From a virus (Duplodnaviria; Caudoviricetes), in the IMG/VR virus record IMGVR_UViG_3300037423_001974, positions 1 through 43,040 of that record: a DNA stretch of 43,040 nt. One strand, written 5' to 3'. Both the position numbers and the translations under genes were made by a program. Below the pieces are notes generated by a model that searched no databases, was not told where the DNA came from, and worked only from the letters and a program-made list of their open reading frames with translations. Of this stretch, positions 34,162 through 43,040 are shown one piece after another; within the stretch, counting starts at the first letter, position 1, and every line of letters starts with the position of its first letter.

Positions 34162-35282
34162 CAGGAGCGCCCGACAACGCGCCCGACCCGTTCGTCCCGC
34201 AGGAGATCGACCTGCGCGACTTCCCGAGCATGCCGGTGATGATCGACCGACTGCGCCGTTCGCGCGCCTGGCTGATCGCCAAGCGCCGCCCAGAGCTCGG
34301 CTTCTACATGCTCAACCTGTGGATGGCAGCCTGGCACGCCGACACCATCTCGCTGGAGGATGACGACGTCGTGCTGGCCGACACCGCCATGTGCGAGCCC
34401 AAGGTGTGGGAGCGCGTGCGCGCCGACGTCATGCGTGGCTGGGTCAGGTGCAGTGACGGGCGCCTGTACCACGAGGTGGTATGTGCTCGCGCGCTGGAGT
34501 CCTGGATCGCCAAGCTGCTGCAGCGGCGCAAGTCTGCCGGCGGCAATGCCAAGCGCTGGGGCATCGGCAAGAGCGTGGCCGACATCGAGACCAGCATCCG
34601 TCGAGCCGCCGTCATGCTGCAGCGGCTCGATCCGAAATCGCCGACGCTTGCCAAGAAGCTGCTGCAAGAGCCGACCGGCGGACCCCCACCGGAGCCGCCA
34701 CCGGTGCCAACGGGACCGCACAAGGACTCCCCGAACGATCCCACAGGGAATCCCACAGGGATCGCACATCGGTCCCAAGGTGAAGGGAAGGTGAAGGGAA
34801 GTATCTCTAACACCACACAGAGTAGCTCCACCGATGGGGGCTCAGCGGACGACGCGGTGTGTGTGTTGGCGATGAAGGTCCAGGAGCGAATGCAGGCGCT
34901 GGGCGTGGAGGGCGCGCACCACGGCGATCCGGGCTTGCGCGTGCTGATCGCCGAAGGCGCCGATCTGCCCGAGCTGGAGGCCGCGGTGGCGATCGCCAAG
35001 GCGGCGCAGAACCTGTCGTTCGCCTACGTGCTCGGCATCGCCCGCAAGCGGCGGCAGCAGGCCGCGGCAGCAGGGAGTGCGCTCAGCGGGCCGCTGCAGG
35101 GCGAGGACGCCAAGGCTTGGCACGAGACCCGCAGCGGGATCATCGCCAAGGGCGAGGCGCTCGGCTTGGGCGCGTGGAGCGAGCAGTACTGGGCCGACAC
35201 CGGCGAGCAGTGGCCGACGTACCAGGCGCGGGTGTTCAAAGCCGCGGGCCACTCGGCACGAGGGGAGGCTGCATGCAGCTGA
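34158..35282 (+). CDS. Replication initiator (DUF1376/YdaU-like)
   Basis: DLRDF..MP....RL..S..W, DDD..LA, GW..C.DGRLYH..V motifs; central low-complexity linker with DNA repeats; RBS GGGAG. Confidence 0.78.
   Translation: MTGAPDNAPDPFVPQEIDLRDFPSMPVMIDRLRRSRAWLIAKRRPELGFYMLNLWMAAWHADTISLEDDDVVLADTAMCEPKVWERVRADVMRGWVRCSDGRLYHEVVCARALESWIAKLLQRRKSAGGNAKRWGIGKSVADIETSIRRAAVMLQRLDPKSPTLAKKLLQEPTGGPPPEPPPVPTGPHKDSPNDPTGNPTGIAHRSQGEGKVKGSISNTTQSSSTDGGSADDAVCVLAMKVQERMQALGVEGAHHGDPGLRVLIAEGADLPELEAAVAIAKAAQNLSFAYVLGIARKRRQQAAAAGSALSGPLQGEDAKAWHETRSGIIAKGEALGLGAWSEQYWADTGEQWPTYQARVFKAAGHSARGEAACS
34738..34800 (+). repeat. Putative iterons/origin inside the initiator gene
   Basis: ATCCCACAGGGA x2 plus degenerate ATCGCACATCGG, then AAGGTGAAGGG x2. 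Confidence 0.55.
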
Positions 35283-36028
35283 GCGTCACCAGCAACTTCG
35301 CCGACATCAAGCGCCTGCTCGATGCGCAGCAGAAGCAGGCCGTGTTCGCCGCGGCCGTGGCGCTGAACCGCTCGGCCGAGCAGGCCGTCAAGGACATCCG
35401 CGACGAGCAGCGCAAGGTGTTCGACCGCCCGACGCCGTGGTTCCTCAACGCGCTGCGCATCTCGCCGCGCGCCACCAAGCAGAAGCTCGAGGCGCGCATC
35501 TGGTTCAAGGACCGCAACTCGGTCGAAAGCAGCCGCGACATGCTGATGCCGCACATCGAGGGCGGCGACCGCGCACGCAAGGCGATGGAGCAGCGCCTGC
35601 AGCGCATCGGCGTGCTGCTGCCTGCCTGGCGCACCGTGCCGGGCGAGGGCGCCACGCTGGACGCCTACGGCAACATGAGCCGCGGCGAGATCTCGCTCAT
35701 CCTCAACTACGTCGGCGCCTACACCGAGGCGGGCTACAACAAGGTCAACGTCGCCAGCAAGGCGAAGTTCAAGAAGGGCACGCGCAGCAAGCGCGGCTTC
35801 GAGTTCTTCATCGCCAGGGTCGGCAACCGTCAGGGCCTGCAGCCGGGCGTCTACCGCAAGACACACTTCGGCTTCGGCTCGTCGATCAAGCCGGTGCTGG
35901 TGTTCGTCAGCCAGGCCACCTACCGCAGGCGCCTGGACTTCTACGGCATCGCCAAGCGCACGGTCGACCGCGTGTTCCCGGCGGACTTCGGACGCGCCTA
36001 CGAGCAGGCGCTGAGGACCGCGCGATGA
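35273..36028 (+). CDS. Neck/tail-completion (gpZ-like) protein
   Basis: FA.A.ALN..A and FDRPTP...N motifs; basic protein; RBS GGAGG; upstream of terminase. Confidence 0.6.
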   Translation: MQLSVTSNFADIKRLLDAQQKQAVFAAAVALNRSAEQAVKDIRDEQRKVFDRPTPWFLNALRISPRATKQKLEARIWFKDRNSVESSRDMLMPHIEGGDRARKAMEQRLQRIGVLLPAWRTVPGEGATLDAYGNMSRGEISLILNYVGAYTEAGYNKVNVASKAKFKKGTRSKRGFEFFIARVGNRQGLQPGVYRKTHFGFGSSIKPVLVFVSQATYRRRLDFYGIAKRTVDRVFPADFGRAYEQALRTAR

Positions 36029-36078
36029 GTCGGCCGGTGCGCACCGGGGTGGGGCGGCCGATGGTCGGGACGTGGGGC

Positions 36079-36127
36079 TTCACGGGTCCTTCCCGGCAAG
36101 GGGGGCATGAGGGTAATTCGGACCGCG
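36079..36127 (+). other. Lambda-like cos region (cosQ GGGTCCT at 36084-36090)
   Basis: TTCACGGGTCCTTCCCGG resembles lambda TTTACGGGTCCTTTCCGG and lies just upstream of the small terminase. Confidence 0.6.
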
Positions 36128-36167
36128 TGGTCGGACTGTTGCGTGGGTCTCCTAAGGGGGTTGTGCG

Positions 36168-36713
36168 GTGACGGACTGGTCTGTCCTGGCTGCCCCCTGC
36201 ACGCAGGCGCAGTTCGCCGAGCTCGTTGGCATCACGCAGCAGCGCGTGAGTGAACTGGTCGGTGACGGAACGCTGCCGCGCGGGGCCACCGCCCTGCAGT
36301 GGCTGCAGGCCTACTGCGAGCGGCTGCGCGAGCAGGCTGCCGGTCGCCAGGGAGAGGAGGGCGGGCTCGACCTGGTGCAGGAGCGCGCCGCGCTGGCGCG
36401 CGAGCAGCGCATCGGCCAGGCGATCAAGAACGCCATCGCCCAGGGCGAGTTCGCGCCCATCGGCCTGCTGGCCGATGTGCTCGGCCAGGCCTCGGCCGCG
36501 GTGGTGGATCGCTTCGACGCGCTGCCCGGGCTGCTGCGCAAGGCCTGTCCGGATCTGCCGGCCGAGGCACGCGACGCCATCGGCGGCGTCATCGCCGCGG
36601 CGCGCAACGAGTGGATCCGCGCCACCGCGGAGCTCGTCGTGCGCCAGCTGGAGACCGTCGACGACGACGAGTCGGTCGACGCGACAGGTGGCGGCGAGGA
36701 GGTCGAGGCTTGA
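36168..36713 (+). CDS. Terminase small subunit (Nu1-like)
   Basis: N-terminal HTH TQA.FA.LVG..QQ.VS, LRE.AAGR and L..ERA.LA motifs. Confidence 0.88.
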   Translation: MTDWSVLAAPCTQAQFAELVGITQQRVSELVGDGTLPRGATALQWLQAYCERLREQAAGRQGEEGGLDLVQERAALAREQRIGQAIKNAIAQGEFAPIGLLADVLGQASAAVVDRFDALPGLLRKACPDLPAEARDAIGGVIAAARNEWIRATAELVVRQLETVDDDESVDATGGGEEVEA

Positions 36714-36715
36714 CC

Positions 36716-38797
36716 ATGCTGGCCAGTCGCCACGCTGCACCCGCCGTCTCGCGGCAGGCCTGCGCGCGCGCCGTGCGCCTGGGTCTGGAGTCGCTGCGCG
36801 CGCAGCCGCCGCTGCGCCTGAGCAACTGGGCGGTCGACCACTTCATCCTCGCCGGCGAGTCGAGCCAGCAGCGCGGTGGCTGGGTGGCCTGGCCGTTCCA
36901 GGTCGGCATTCTCGACGCGATGTCCAACGACGACATCGAGGAACTCGACGTCTTCAAGGCCAAGCGCATCGGCTACACCAAGATGCTGACCGCCTCGATC
37001 GGCTTCGATGCCGCCTACCGCCGGCGCAACCAGGCGGTGTGGCAGCCGACCGACGACGACCGCGACAGCTTCGTCAAGAGCGAGGTCGATCCCATGATCG
37101 CCGGCGTGAAGGCGGTGCGCGCGGCCAAGCGCTCCACCAAGGGCGTCGAGGACACGATCAAGTTCAAGCAGTTCCGCTCCAGCGTGCTGCACCTGCTCGG
37201 CGGCAAGGCCGCTCGCGCCTACCGCCGCATCACGGTGGCCGCGGCCAAACTCGACGAGATCGACGGCTTCGACCAGCAGGTCGAGAAGAGCGCCGACCCG
37301 GTGACGCTGGCGCGCGGCCGCCTGGAGGGCGCGCCGTTCCCGAAGCTGATCGTCGGCAGCACGCCGCGCCTGAAGGGCGCCAGCCACGTCGAGCACCGAG
37401 CCCTGCAGGCGGTGGCGGACATGCGCTATCGCATCACCTGCCCGCACTGCCAGGCCGAGCACCCGCTGGAGTGGGGCGGCAAGGACGTTGCGCACGGCTT
37501 CAAGTGGGACGGCAGTGACCCCGAGACCGTGCGCCACGTGTGCCCGCACTGCCGCGACGCCATCCGCCAGGCCGACTACCTGCGCTGCTGGATCGGCGCC
37601 TGGGTGTGCGACAAGACCGGCATCCGCTACGGCGCCGACCAGGTGTGGCGCGATGACGCCGGGCGCCAGATCAAGCCGCCGCGCCACGTCGCCATGCGGC
37701 CGTGGGCGGCGTACAGCCCGCAGCGGGAGTGGGTCGACATCGTGCGCGAGTTCCTCGAGGCCAAGGAGAAGGCGAAGCAGGGTGACGTCGGTCCGCTGCA
37801 GGGCTTCGTCAACGAGACGCTGGGCGAAACCTGGGAGGCCAAGGGCGAGTCGGCCGACCAGCACGAGCTCGCCAAGCGTGTCACCACGCACGCGCGCGGC
37901 ACGGTGCCGCGTGGCTGCCTGGTGCTGGTGGCCGGCGTCGACGTGCAGGACAACCGCTTCGAGGTCAGCGTGTGGGGCTTCGGCCGCGGCGAGGAGTCCT
38001 GGCTCATCGACCACCAGGTGCTTAGCGCGAACCCGGCCGACGAGCGCGACTTCGACAAGCTCGACGCCTACCTGCAGAGCACGTTCCCGCTCGCCGGGAG
38101 GCGCGCGCGCTTGGGCATAGAGGCGGTGGCCGTCGACACCGGCGGCCACTTCACGCACCAGGTCTATAACTTCTGCCGCACGCGCGAGCGCCGCCGCGTG
38201 TTCGCGATCAAGGGCAGCCGCTTCGATGGGCGACCCGTCAAGGGCAAGGCAAGCAAGCAGGATGTCAACTGGCGCGGCCGCATCATCAAGGCCGGCGTCA
38301 AGCTGTGGGAGGTGGGCACCGACACGGCCAAGGACCTGCTGTTCGGGCGCCTGAAGATCACGACGGCCGGCGCCGGCTGCGTGCACTTCCCCGCGGGCAT
38401 GGAGGCCGGCTACTTCGAGCAGCTCACCGCAGAGCATCGCGTGCAGTTGCGCGTCGCCGGCGGCAGCGTGTGGCGCTGGGTCGAGAAGCGAGTCAACGCG
38501 CCGCATGAGGCGCTCGACTGCGCCGTCTACGCGCTGTTCTGCGCCCAGTCGCTTGACCTGCCGCGCTACACCAAGGCCATGTGGGACAAGCTGGAGGCGG
38601 CCGTGTGGCCGGCCGCGGGGCTGTTCGACGAGCCCGAGGAGGCCGACGACGTCGCGCCTGCCGATCACCCCCTGGATGCGATCGACCCGGTGCCTGAAGT
38701 GCCGGCCGAGGTCATCCGCGCAACCCCCACCGGACGCGTCTCCCTCAACGGGTTCGCGCGCTTCAACAACAACGTCGCAGGTCGAGGAGGCCGATGA
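36716..38797 (+). CDS. Terminase large subunit (lambda GpA family)
   Basis: K..RIGYTK Walker A, LDEID Walker B, GSTP, CPHC Zn knuckles, GVDVQ, VDTGG and HEALDC nuclease motifs. Confidence 0.96.
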   Translation: MLASRHAAPAVSRQACARAVRLGLESLRAQPPLRLSNWAVDHFILAGESSQQRGGWVAWPFQVGILDAMSNDDIEELDVFKAKRIGYTKMLTASIGFDAAYRRRNQAVWQPTDDDRDSFVKSEVDPMIAGVKAVRAAKRSTKGVEDTIKFKQFRSSVLHLLGGKAARAYRRITVAAAKLDEIDGFDQQVEKSADPVTLARGRLEGAPFPKLIVGSTPRLKGASHVEHRALQAVADMRYRITCPHCQAEHPLEWGGKDVAHGFKWDGSDPETVRHVCPHCRDAIRQADYLRCWIGAWVCDKTGIRYGADQVWRDDAGRQIKPPRHVAMRPWAAYSPQREWVDIVREFLEAKEKAKQGDVGPLQGFVNETLGETWEAKGESADQHELAKRVTTHARGTVPRGCLVLVAGVDVQDNRFEVSVWGFGRGEESWLIDHQVLSANPADERDFDKLDAYLQSTFPLAGRRARLGIEAVAVDTGGHFTHQVYNFCRTRERRRVFAIKGSRFDGRPVKGKASKQDVNWRGRIIKAGVKLWEVGTDTAKDLLFGRLKITTAGAGCVHFPAGMEAGYFEQLTAEHRVQLRVAGGSVWRWVEKRVNAPHEALDCAVYALFCAQSLDLPRYTKAMWDKLEAAVWPAAGLFDEPEEADDVAPADHPLDAIDPVPEVPAEVIRATPTGRVSLNGFARFNNNVAGRGGR

Positions 38798-39099
38798 AGA
38801 CCGACGTCATCTGGCGTACTTTGGAGCTGGCAATGCAGTCGTGCCCGTCGCTGTCGAGCGAGACGGCGCGTGCTGTCGAGACCGCCGCGCGCGCTGAGTT
38901 CGCGGGCACGCGCGTGTGGATCGCCGAGCAGCCGTTCCATCCCGAGCGCTCGGCGGGGCGCAAGTCGGTTTCACGTGAGGCCGCGGCGGCGCTGTACCAG
39001 GACGCGCTGACCAACACGAGCACGGCCGACCTGGTCAAGAAGCATGGCCTCAGCCGAGCCACCATCTACCGCCTGATGAAGCGCGGCCCCTCCGACTGA
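38794..39099 (+). CDS. Mor/C-like late transcription activator (C-terminal HTH)
   Basis: R.EFAG.RVWI and LV.KHGLSRATIYRL motifs. Confidence 0.75.
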   Translation: MKTDVIWRTLELAMQSCPSLSSETARAVETAARAEFAGTRVWIAEQPFHPERSAGRKSVSREAAAALYQDALTNTSTADLVKKHGLSRATIYRLMKRGPSD

Positions 39100-39113
39100 T
39101 CGCCCGTCCGCCT

Positions 39114-39158
39114 CGTCTCAAATCCGCCCTTATTTTGAGACGCCCGCCTGCCTAGCCT
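39114..39158 (+). promoter_or_regulatory. Late promoter 1: 29-bp dyad plus -10
   Basis: CGTCTCAAATCCGCCCTTATTTTGAGACG, then TAGCCT 10 nt downstream. Confidence 0.75.
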
Positions 39159-39186
39159 CGCCGTACTCCAACGGATGCAGGCACTC

Positions 39187-39414
39187 ATGGCCGGAATCAC
39201 CCTTGCGCAGGCCGAGGCCCAGCTTGCGCTCTACCTCGAGGCCGAAGCGGCGGTGCTGGCCAAGCAGTCCTACAGCATCGCCGGGCGCCAGCTGACGCTG
39301 GCCAACCTGGCCGAGATCCAGAAGGGCATCGAGCTGTGGAACGCGCGCGCCACCTCGCTCGGCGCCGCCTCCGAGGGGCGTGGACGGCTGCGCACCATCG
39401 TGCCGGGGATCTGA
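39187..39414 (+). CDS. Head-to-tail adaptor (gpW-like/DUF6148)
   Basis: L.AE.AVL..QSY.I.GR.LT.ANL.EI..GI..W; between terminase and portal. Confidence 0.85.
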   Translation: MAGITLAQAEAQLALYLEAEAAVLAKQSYSIAGRQLTLANLAEIQKGIELWNARATSLGAASEGRGRLRTIVPGI

Positions 39415-39419
39415 GCGCC

Positions 39420-41075
39420 ATGGCCAAGCGTCCCACCCTTCCGGGCCTGAACGCCATCGACCGCGCCATCGCGGTGTTCGCGCCTCGCGTGGCGGCGCGC
39501 CGCCTGGTTGCGCGCCAGGCAATGGCGCTGGCCGGCGGCGGCTACAACGGCGCGCGCCGCGACCGCGCGTCGATGGCGGCGTGGAACGCCATGGCGGGTT
39601 CACCCGACTCCGATGTCATCCCGGACCTGGTGACGCTGCGTGCGCGTTCGCGCGATGCCGAGCGCAACCAGCCGGTGGCCACCGGCCTCATCAACACGAC
39701 GGCCGCGCACGCGGTCGGCACCGGCCTGTCGTGCAACCCTCGCATCAATGCCAAGTTCCTCGGCATGAGCGAGGAGGAGGCCGACGCCTGGCAGGCTGAT
39801 GCCAAGGCGCGCTATGACGCCTGGTTCGGCAGCAAGGACTGCTCGCTCGATCGAACGCTCAACGGCTACGAGTTGCAGGACCTGGCGCTGCGCACCACGC
39901 TGTCCAGCGGCGACGGCTTGGTGCTGACGCCGATGGTCAAGCGCGCCGGCGCGTCCATGCCGGCGCTGGCGCTGCAGCTCATCGAGGCCGATCGCCTCAG
40001 CAACCCGTCCGGTCAGCAGAACAGCGACACCCTCACCGAAGGCGTCGAGTGCGACGCCGAGACCGGCGAGGCGGTGGCCTACCACGTCTGCAACCGCCAC
40101 CCGGGCGACCTGAGCGGCGGCGCGCGCAGCTGGCAGCGCATCGCAGCGCGCGGCGAGAAGACTGGCCGTCGCAATGCGTTGCACCTTTACAAGGTGCTGC
40201 GACCCGGGCTGCGGCGCGGCGTGCCGATCCTGGCGCCGGTGCTCGAGCCGCTGAAGCAGCTGGCGCGCTTCACGCAGGCCGAGCTCGATGCCGCGGTCGC
40301 TTCAGCGCTGTTCGCGCTGTTCGCCGAGATGGACCCGCAGGCCTTCGACGAGACCTTCACCGACGAGGCCAAGCAGCAGCTGGTCGACCGTGCGTCGAAG
40401 TGGAGCGGCGAGATCTCCTCCATGCAAGTGGTCAACCTGCTGCCCGGCGAGAAGATCACCAGCCCGACGCCCGGGCGCCCCAATCCGCAGTTCGACCCCT
40501 TCTGGCAGGCCTGCGTGCGCCAGATCGGCATGGCCACCGGCATCCCGTTCGAGGTGCTGGTGATGCACTACCAGTCGAGCTACAGCGCCGCGCGCGGCGC
40601 GCTGTTGATGGCCTGGCGCTTCTTCATGGGCTGGCGCGACTGGCTGGCCACCAACCTGTGCCAGCCGGTGTACGACCTTTGGCTGTCGATCGAGGTTGCC
40701 GAAGGGCGCATCTCTGCGCCCGGCTTCTTCGCCGACCCTGTGGTGCGAGCGGCCTGGACCGGCACGCAGTGGGTGGGCGACGGTCCCGGCTCGATCGATC
40801 CGCTGAAGGAAGTCAACGCGGCCAAGGCGCGCGTCGACATGGGCATCAGCACGCTGCAGGCCGAGAGCCAGCAGTACGACGGCGGCGACTGGGAGGCCAA
40901 GCACGCGCAGGCCGTTCGCGAGGCCAAGGCCCGGCGCGAGGCGGGTCTGAGCGTGCCGGGCGCCGAGAGTGCGGCGCCGCAGCCGCTCGACGAGCAGGAC
41001 GCGGAGGAAGGCGACAACGAGCTCGACGACGCGATGCCGGAAGAGCCCGTGCTGCCGCGGTCGAGGCGCGCATGA
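39420..41075 (+). CDS. Portal protein, lambda family
   Basis: LRARSRD..RN, LIEADR, RPG..RGVP, SYSAAR and IDP.KE motifs. Confidence 0.95.
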   Translation: MAKRPTLPGLNAIDRAIAVFAPRVAARRLVARQAMALAGGGYNGARRDRASMAAWNAMAGSPDSDVIPDLVTLRARSRDAERNQPVATGLINTTAAHAVGTGLSCNPRINAKFLGMSEEEADAWQADAKARYDAWFGSKDCSLDRTLNGYELQDLALRTTLSSGDGLVLTPMVKRAGASMPALALQLIEADRLSNPSGQQNSDTLTEGVECDAETGEAVAYHVCNRHPGDLSGGARSWQRIAARGEKTGRRNALHLYKVLRPGLRRGVPILAPVLEPLKQLARFTQAELDAAVASALFALFAEMDPQAFDETFTDEAKQQLVDRASKWSGEISSMQVVNLLPGEKITSPTPGRPNPQFDPFWQACVRQIGMATGIPFEVLVMHYQSSYSAARGALLMAWRFFMGWRDWLATNLCQPVYDLWLSIEVAEGRISAPGFFADPVVRAAWTGTQWVGDGPGSIDPLKEVNAAKARVDMGISTLQAESQQYDGGDWEAKHAQAVREAKARREAGLSVPGAESAAPQPLDEQDAEEGDNELDDAMPEEPVLPRSRRA

Positions 41076-41077
41076 GT

Positions 41078-41122
41078 CGTCTCAAATTCGCCCTGATTTT
41101 GAGACGGTCGGCTTCATAGAGT
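41078..41122 (+). promoter_or_regulatory. Late promoter 2: 29-bp dyad plus -10
   Basis: CGTCTCAAATTCGCCCTGATTTTGAGACG (27/29 identical to copy 1), then TAGAGT 10 nt downstream. Confidence 0.75.
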
Positions 41123-41132
41123 CAGCGCCACT

Positions 41133-42542
41133 GTGAAGCTCATCGACCTCATCACCGCGCCCTGGGCCATACAGCCCGAGAAGCTCACCGAGATCCTGGC
41201 GATCTACGGCACGCACGTGCGTGGCGACGAGGTCGACATCCAGGCCATCGAGGCGCGCCTGGGCCGCCCGCTGGCCAGCGAGCAGCAGGACTACGAGGTG
41301 CGCGACGGCGGCGTCGCCGTGCTGTCGATCGACGGCGTGATCGCGCCCAAGGCCAACCTGTTCACGCAGATCAGCGGCGGCGCCTCGGCACAGCTGCTGC
41401 AGCGCCAGGTCGAGTCGGCCATCGCCGACCCGCGCGTCAAGGCGCTGGTGCTGGCGATCGACTCGCCCGGCGGCAGCGTGTTCGGCGCGCCCGAGCTCGC
41501 CGCAGCGGTGCATGGCATGTCGAAGGACAAGCCGATCGTCGCCGTCAGCGACGGCACGATCGCCAGCGCCGCCTACTGGATTGGCAGCGCCGCCAATGCG
41601 CTGTTCATCAGCGGCCCGACGGTGCATGCCGGCTCGATCGGCGTCGTGATGACGCACAAGTACGACCCGCGCGCGACCAACACAACCGAGATCACGGCCG
41701 GCAAGTACAAGCGCATCGCCAGCGACGTGGCGCCGCTCACCGCCGAGGGGCGCGCGCACCTGCAGGAGCGCGTCGATCACATCTACAGCGTCTTCGTCGA
41801 CGCCGTGGCGCAGCACCGCGGCGTCGGCGCCGAGCAGGTGCTGGCTCACATGGCCGACGGCCGTGTCTTCGTCGGCCAGCAGGCGCTCGACGTCGGCCTC
41901 GTCGACGGCTTCGCCTCCATCGACGACCTGGTCGCCCAGCTCGCCGCCGACCCCGGCGCCTACGCCAAGCGCCGGCGCGCCAAGCCGATGGCCAAGCCAT
42001 CGAGCAAGACGGTGGCCACTGTGCCGGCCGCATCCGTTCCCCAACCCCCATCGCAAGGAGAACTCACGATGGATCGCAAGACGCTCGAGACCGAGCACAC
42101 CGCGCTGTTCGCCGAGCTGCGCGACCATTTCCGCACCGAGGGTGCTGCCGCCGAGCGCGAGCGCATCCAGGCCGTCGAGAACGCCTGCCTGCCGGGCCAC
42201 GAGAAGCTCATCGCGTCGCTGAAGTTCGACGGCAAGACCGGCGGTGGCGAAGCGGCCCTGGCCGTGATGGCCGCCGAGCGCCAGCTGCGCACGCAGGCCG
42301 CCGCGACGCTGGGCAGCGAGGCGCCGAAGCCCGCCGCTCCGGCTGCCGCGCCGGCGGTCGAGGCCAAGCCTGCCGACCCGATGGCCGACGCTTCCCAGCC
42401 GCTCGAGGAGCGCTGCAAGGCCAAGTGGGAGAGCGACCCGGCGGTGCGCGCCGAGTTCTCCAGCCTGTCCGCGTTCACCGCCATCACCCGCGCCGAGGAG
42501 GCCGGCAAGGTCCGCGTCCTCAAGGGCCGCGCCTCCGCCTGA
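41133..42542 (+). CDS. Head maturation protease (S49/SppA, lambda gpC-like) fused to scaffold
   Basis: IDSPGG, ASAAYWI.S, GSIGV, AGKYK and GLVD motifs. Confidence 0.92.
   Translation: MKLIDLITAPWAIQPEKLTEILAIYGTHVRGDEVDIQAIEARLGRPLASEQQDYEVRDGGVAVLSIDGVIAPKANLFTQISGGASAQLLQRQVESAIADPRVKALVLAIDSPGGSVFGAPELAAAVHGMSKDKPIVAVSDGTIASAAYWIGSAANALFISGPTVHAGSIGVVMTHKYDPRATNTTEITAGKYKRIASDVAPLTAEGRAHLQERVDHIYSVFVDAVAQHRGVGAEQVLAHMADGRVFVGQQALDVGLVDGFASIDDLVAQLAADPGAYAKRRRAKPMAKPSSKTVATVPAASVPQPPSQGELTMDRKTLETEHTALFAELRDHFRTEGAAAERERIQAVENACLPGHEKLIASLKFDGKTGGGEAALAVMAAERQLRTQAAATLGSEAPKPAAPAAAPAVEAKPADPMADASQPLEERCKAKWESDPAVRAEFSSLSAFTAITRAEEAGKVRVLKGRASA
42069..42542 (+). CDS. Nested in-frame scaffolding protein (Nu3-like)
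   Basis: Internal ATG (MDRKTLETEH) preceded by strong RBS AAGGAG; GAAAERERI motif. Confidence 0.75.
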   Translation: MDRKTLETEHTALFAELRDHFRTEGAAAERERIQAVENACLPGHEKLIASLKFDGKTGGGEAALAVMAAERQLRTQAAATLGSEAPKPAAPAAAPAVEAKPADPMADASQPLEERCKAKWESDPAVRAEFSSLSAFTAITRAEEAGKVRVLKGRASA

Positions 42543-42577
42543 TCCGCCACCGCAATCACCTTCCAGGAACCTCGACC

Positions 42578-43040
42578 ATGAAGACCTCCCTGTCCCTGAT
42601 CGCGCTCGCGGTGCTCGTGGCCGCCGCGCTGCTGCCGCTGTGCCTGCCCGCGCTGGAGTCGCTGGGCGAAAAGGCCGACGCCATGCTGTTCGGCTACATG
42701 GCGCGCACCGGCGCCGTGCTCGGCATGACGACGCTGGCGGCCAACAAGCCGCGTGCCTACGAGATCGGCGACCACAACGAGCTGCCGATGGTGGCCACCG
42801 ACATCATCTACGAAGGTGCCGCAGTGGGTGACAACGGCGCCGGCCTGGCGCGACCGCTGGTGGCTGCCGACCCGTTCCTCGGCTTCGCGGTGCGCCAAGC
42901 CGACAACGCCGCAGGTGCTGCCAGCGCGGCGCGTGTGCTGGTCAAGCAGCGCGGCGAGATCGTGCTGTCGGTCACCGGCGTGGCCAGCGCCGACGACGTC
43001 GGCCAGACGGTCTACGCGTCCGACGACGACACCTTCACGC
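42578..43040 (+). CDS. 5' part of head decoration/cement protein (187 aa in total, continues through 1..228)
   Basis: RBS AGGA then MKTSLSLIALAVLVAAALLPLC...MTTLAANKPRAYEIGD...IYEGAAVG; in frame across the overlap. Confidence 0.8.
   Translation, partial: MKTSLSLIALAVLVAAALLPLCLPALESLGEKADAMLFGYMARTGAVLGMTTLAANKPRAYEIGDHNELPMVATDIIYEGAAVGDNGAGLARPLVAADPFLGFAVRQADNAAGAASAARVLVKQRGEIVLSVTGVASADDVGQTVYASDDDTFT
42914..43040 (+). repeat. Terminal direct repeat, copy 2
   Basis: Identical to 1-127. Confidence 0.97.

Larger units (their letters stand above)
1..42913. mobile_element. Complete temperate tailed phage (siphovirus morphology) genome, circular/excised form
   Basis: Full complement of terminase, portal, protease, capsid, tail, lysis, integrase, excisionase, repressor/Cro and replication genes. 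Ends overlap exactly and no host housekeeping genes flank it. Confidence 0.96.

Noticed and set aside
42578-42645. Lipoprotein signal in the decoration-protein leader (LLPLC)
   Set aside because: It does not fit the lipobox [LVI][ASTVI][GAS]C.
42914-43040. 127-bp terminal repeat as a biological terminal repeat or att site
   Set aside because: It falls mid-gene, the length equals a common assembler k-mer, and a lambda-type terminase implies cos ends elsewhere.

Overview
This window is a complete, circularly permuted temperate siphophage genome of about 42,913 bp. Bases 1-127 are repeated exactly at 42914-43040, which looks like an assembly overlap. It is very GC-rich and probably infects a Burkholderiales host (inference from the pilin, integrase and regulator types). 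Reading around the circle: a lambda-type packaging/head module (cosQ-like site, Nu1/GpA terminase, gpW-like, lambda-family portal, S49 protease with nested scaffold) with a Mu gpT-type capsid; a non-contractile tail (-1 frameshifted chaperone, tape measure, GTA-like DUF2460/DUF2163/NlpC-P60/tail-tip proteins); fibres; a Pro/Ala-linked putative glycoside hydrolase; and a GH19 lysis cassette. Then come a moron region, attP, a tyrosine integrase, an orphan HEPN gene, the leftward early operon, the immunity region, and a rightward operon with a C5 methyltransferase and a replication initiator. The most striking item is a full-length type IVa major pilin gene between the lysis cassette and attP. 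It has its own sigma54 -24/-12 promoter, two upstream palindromes resembling PilR enhancer boxes and its own terminator, and it is preceded by an unannotated 57-aa membrane microprotein. Together these form a candidate prophage pilus-remodelling or superinfection-exclusion cassette. All protein calls come from motif recognition and synteny, not database searches.
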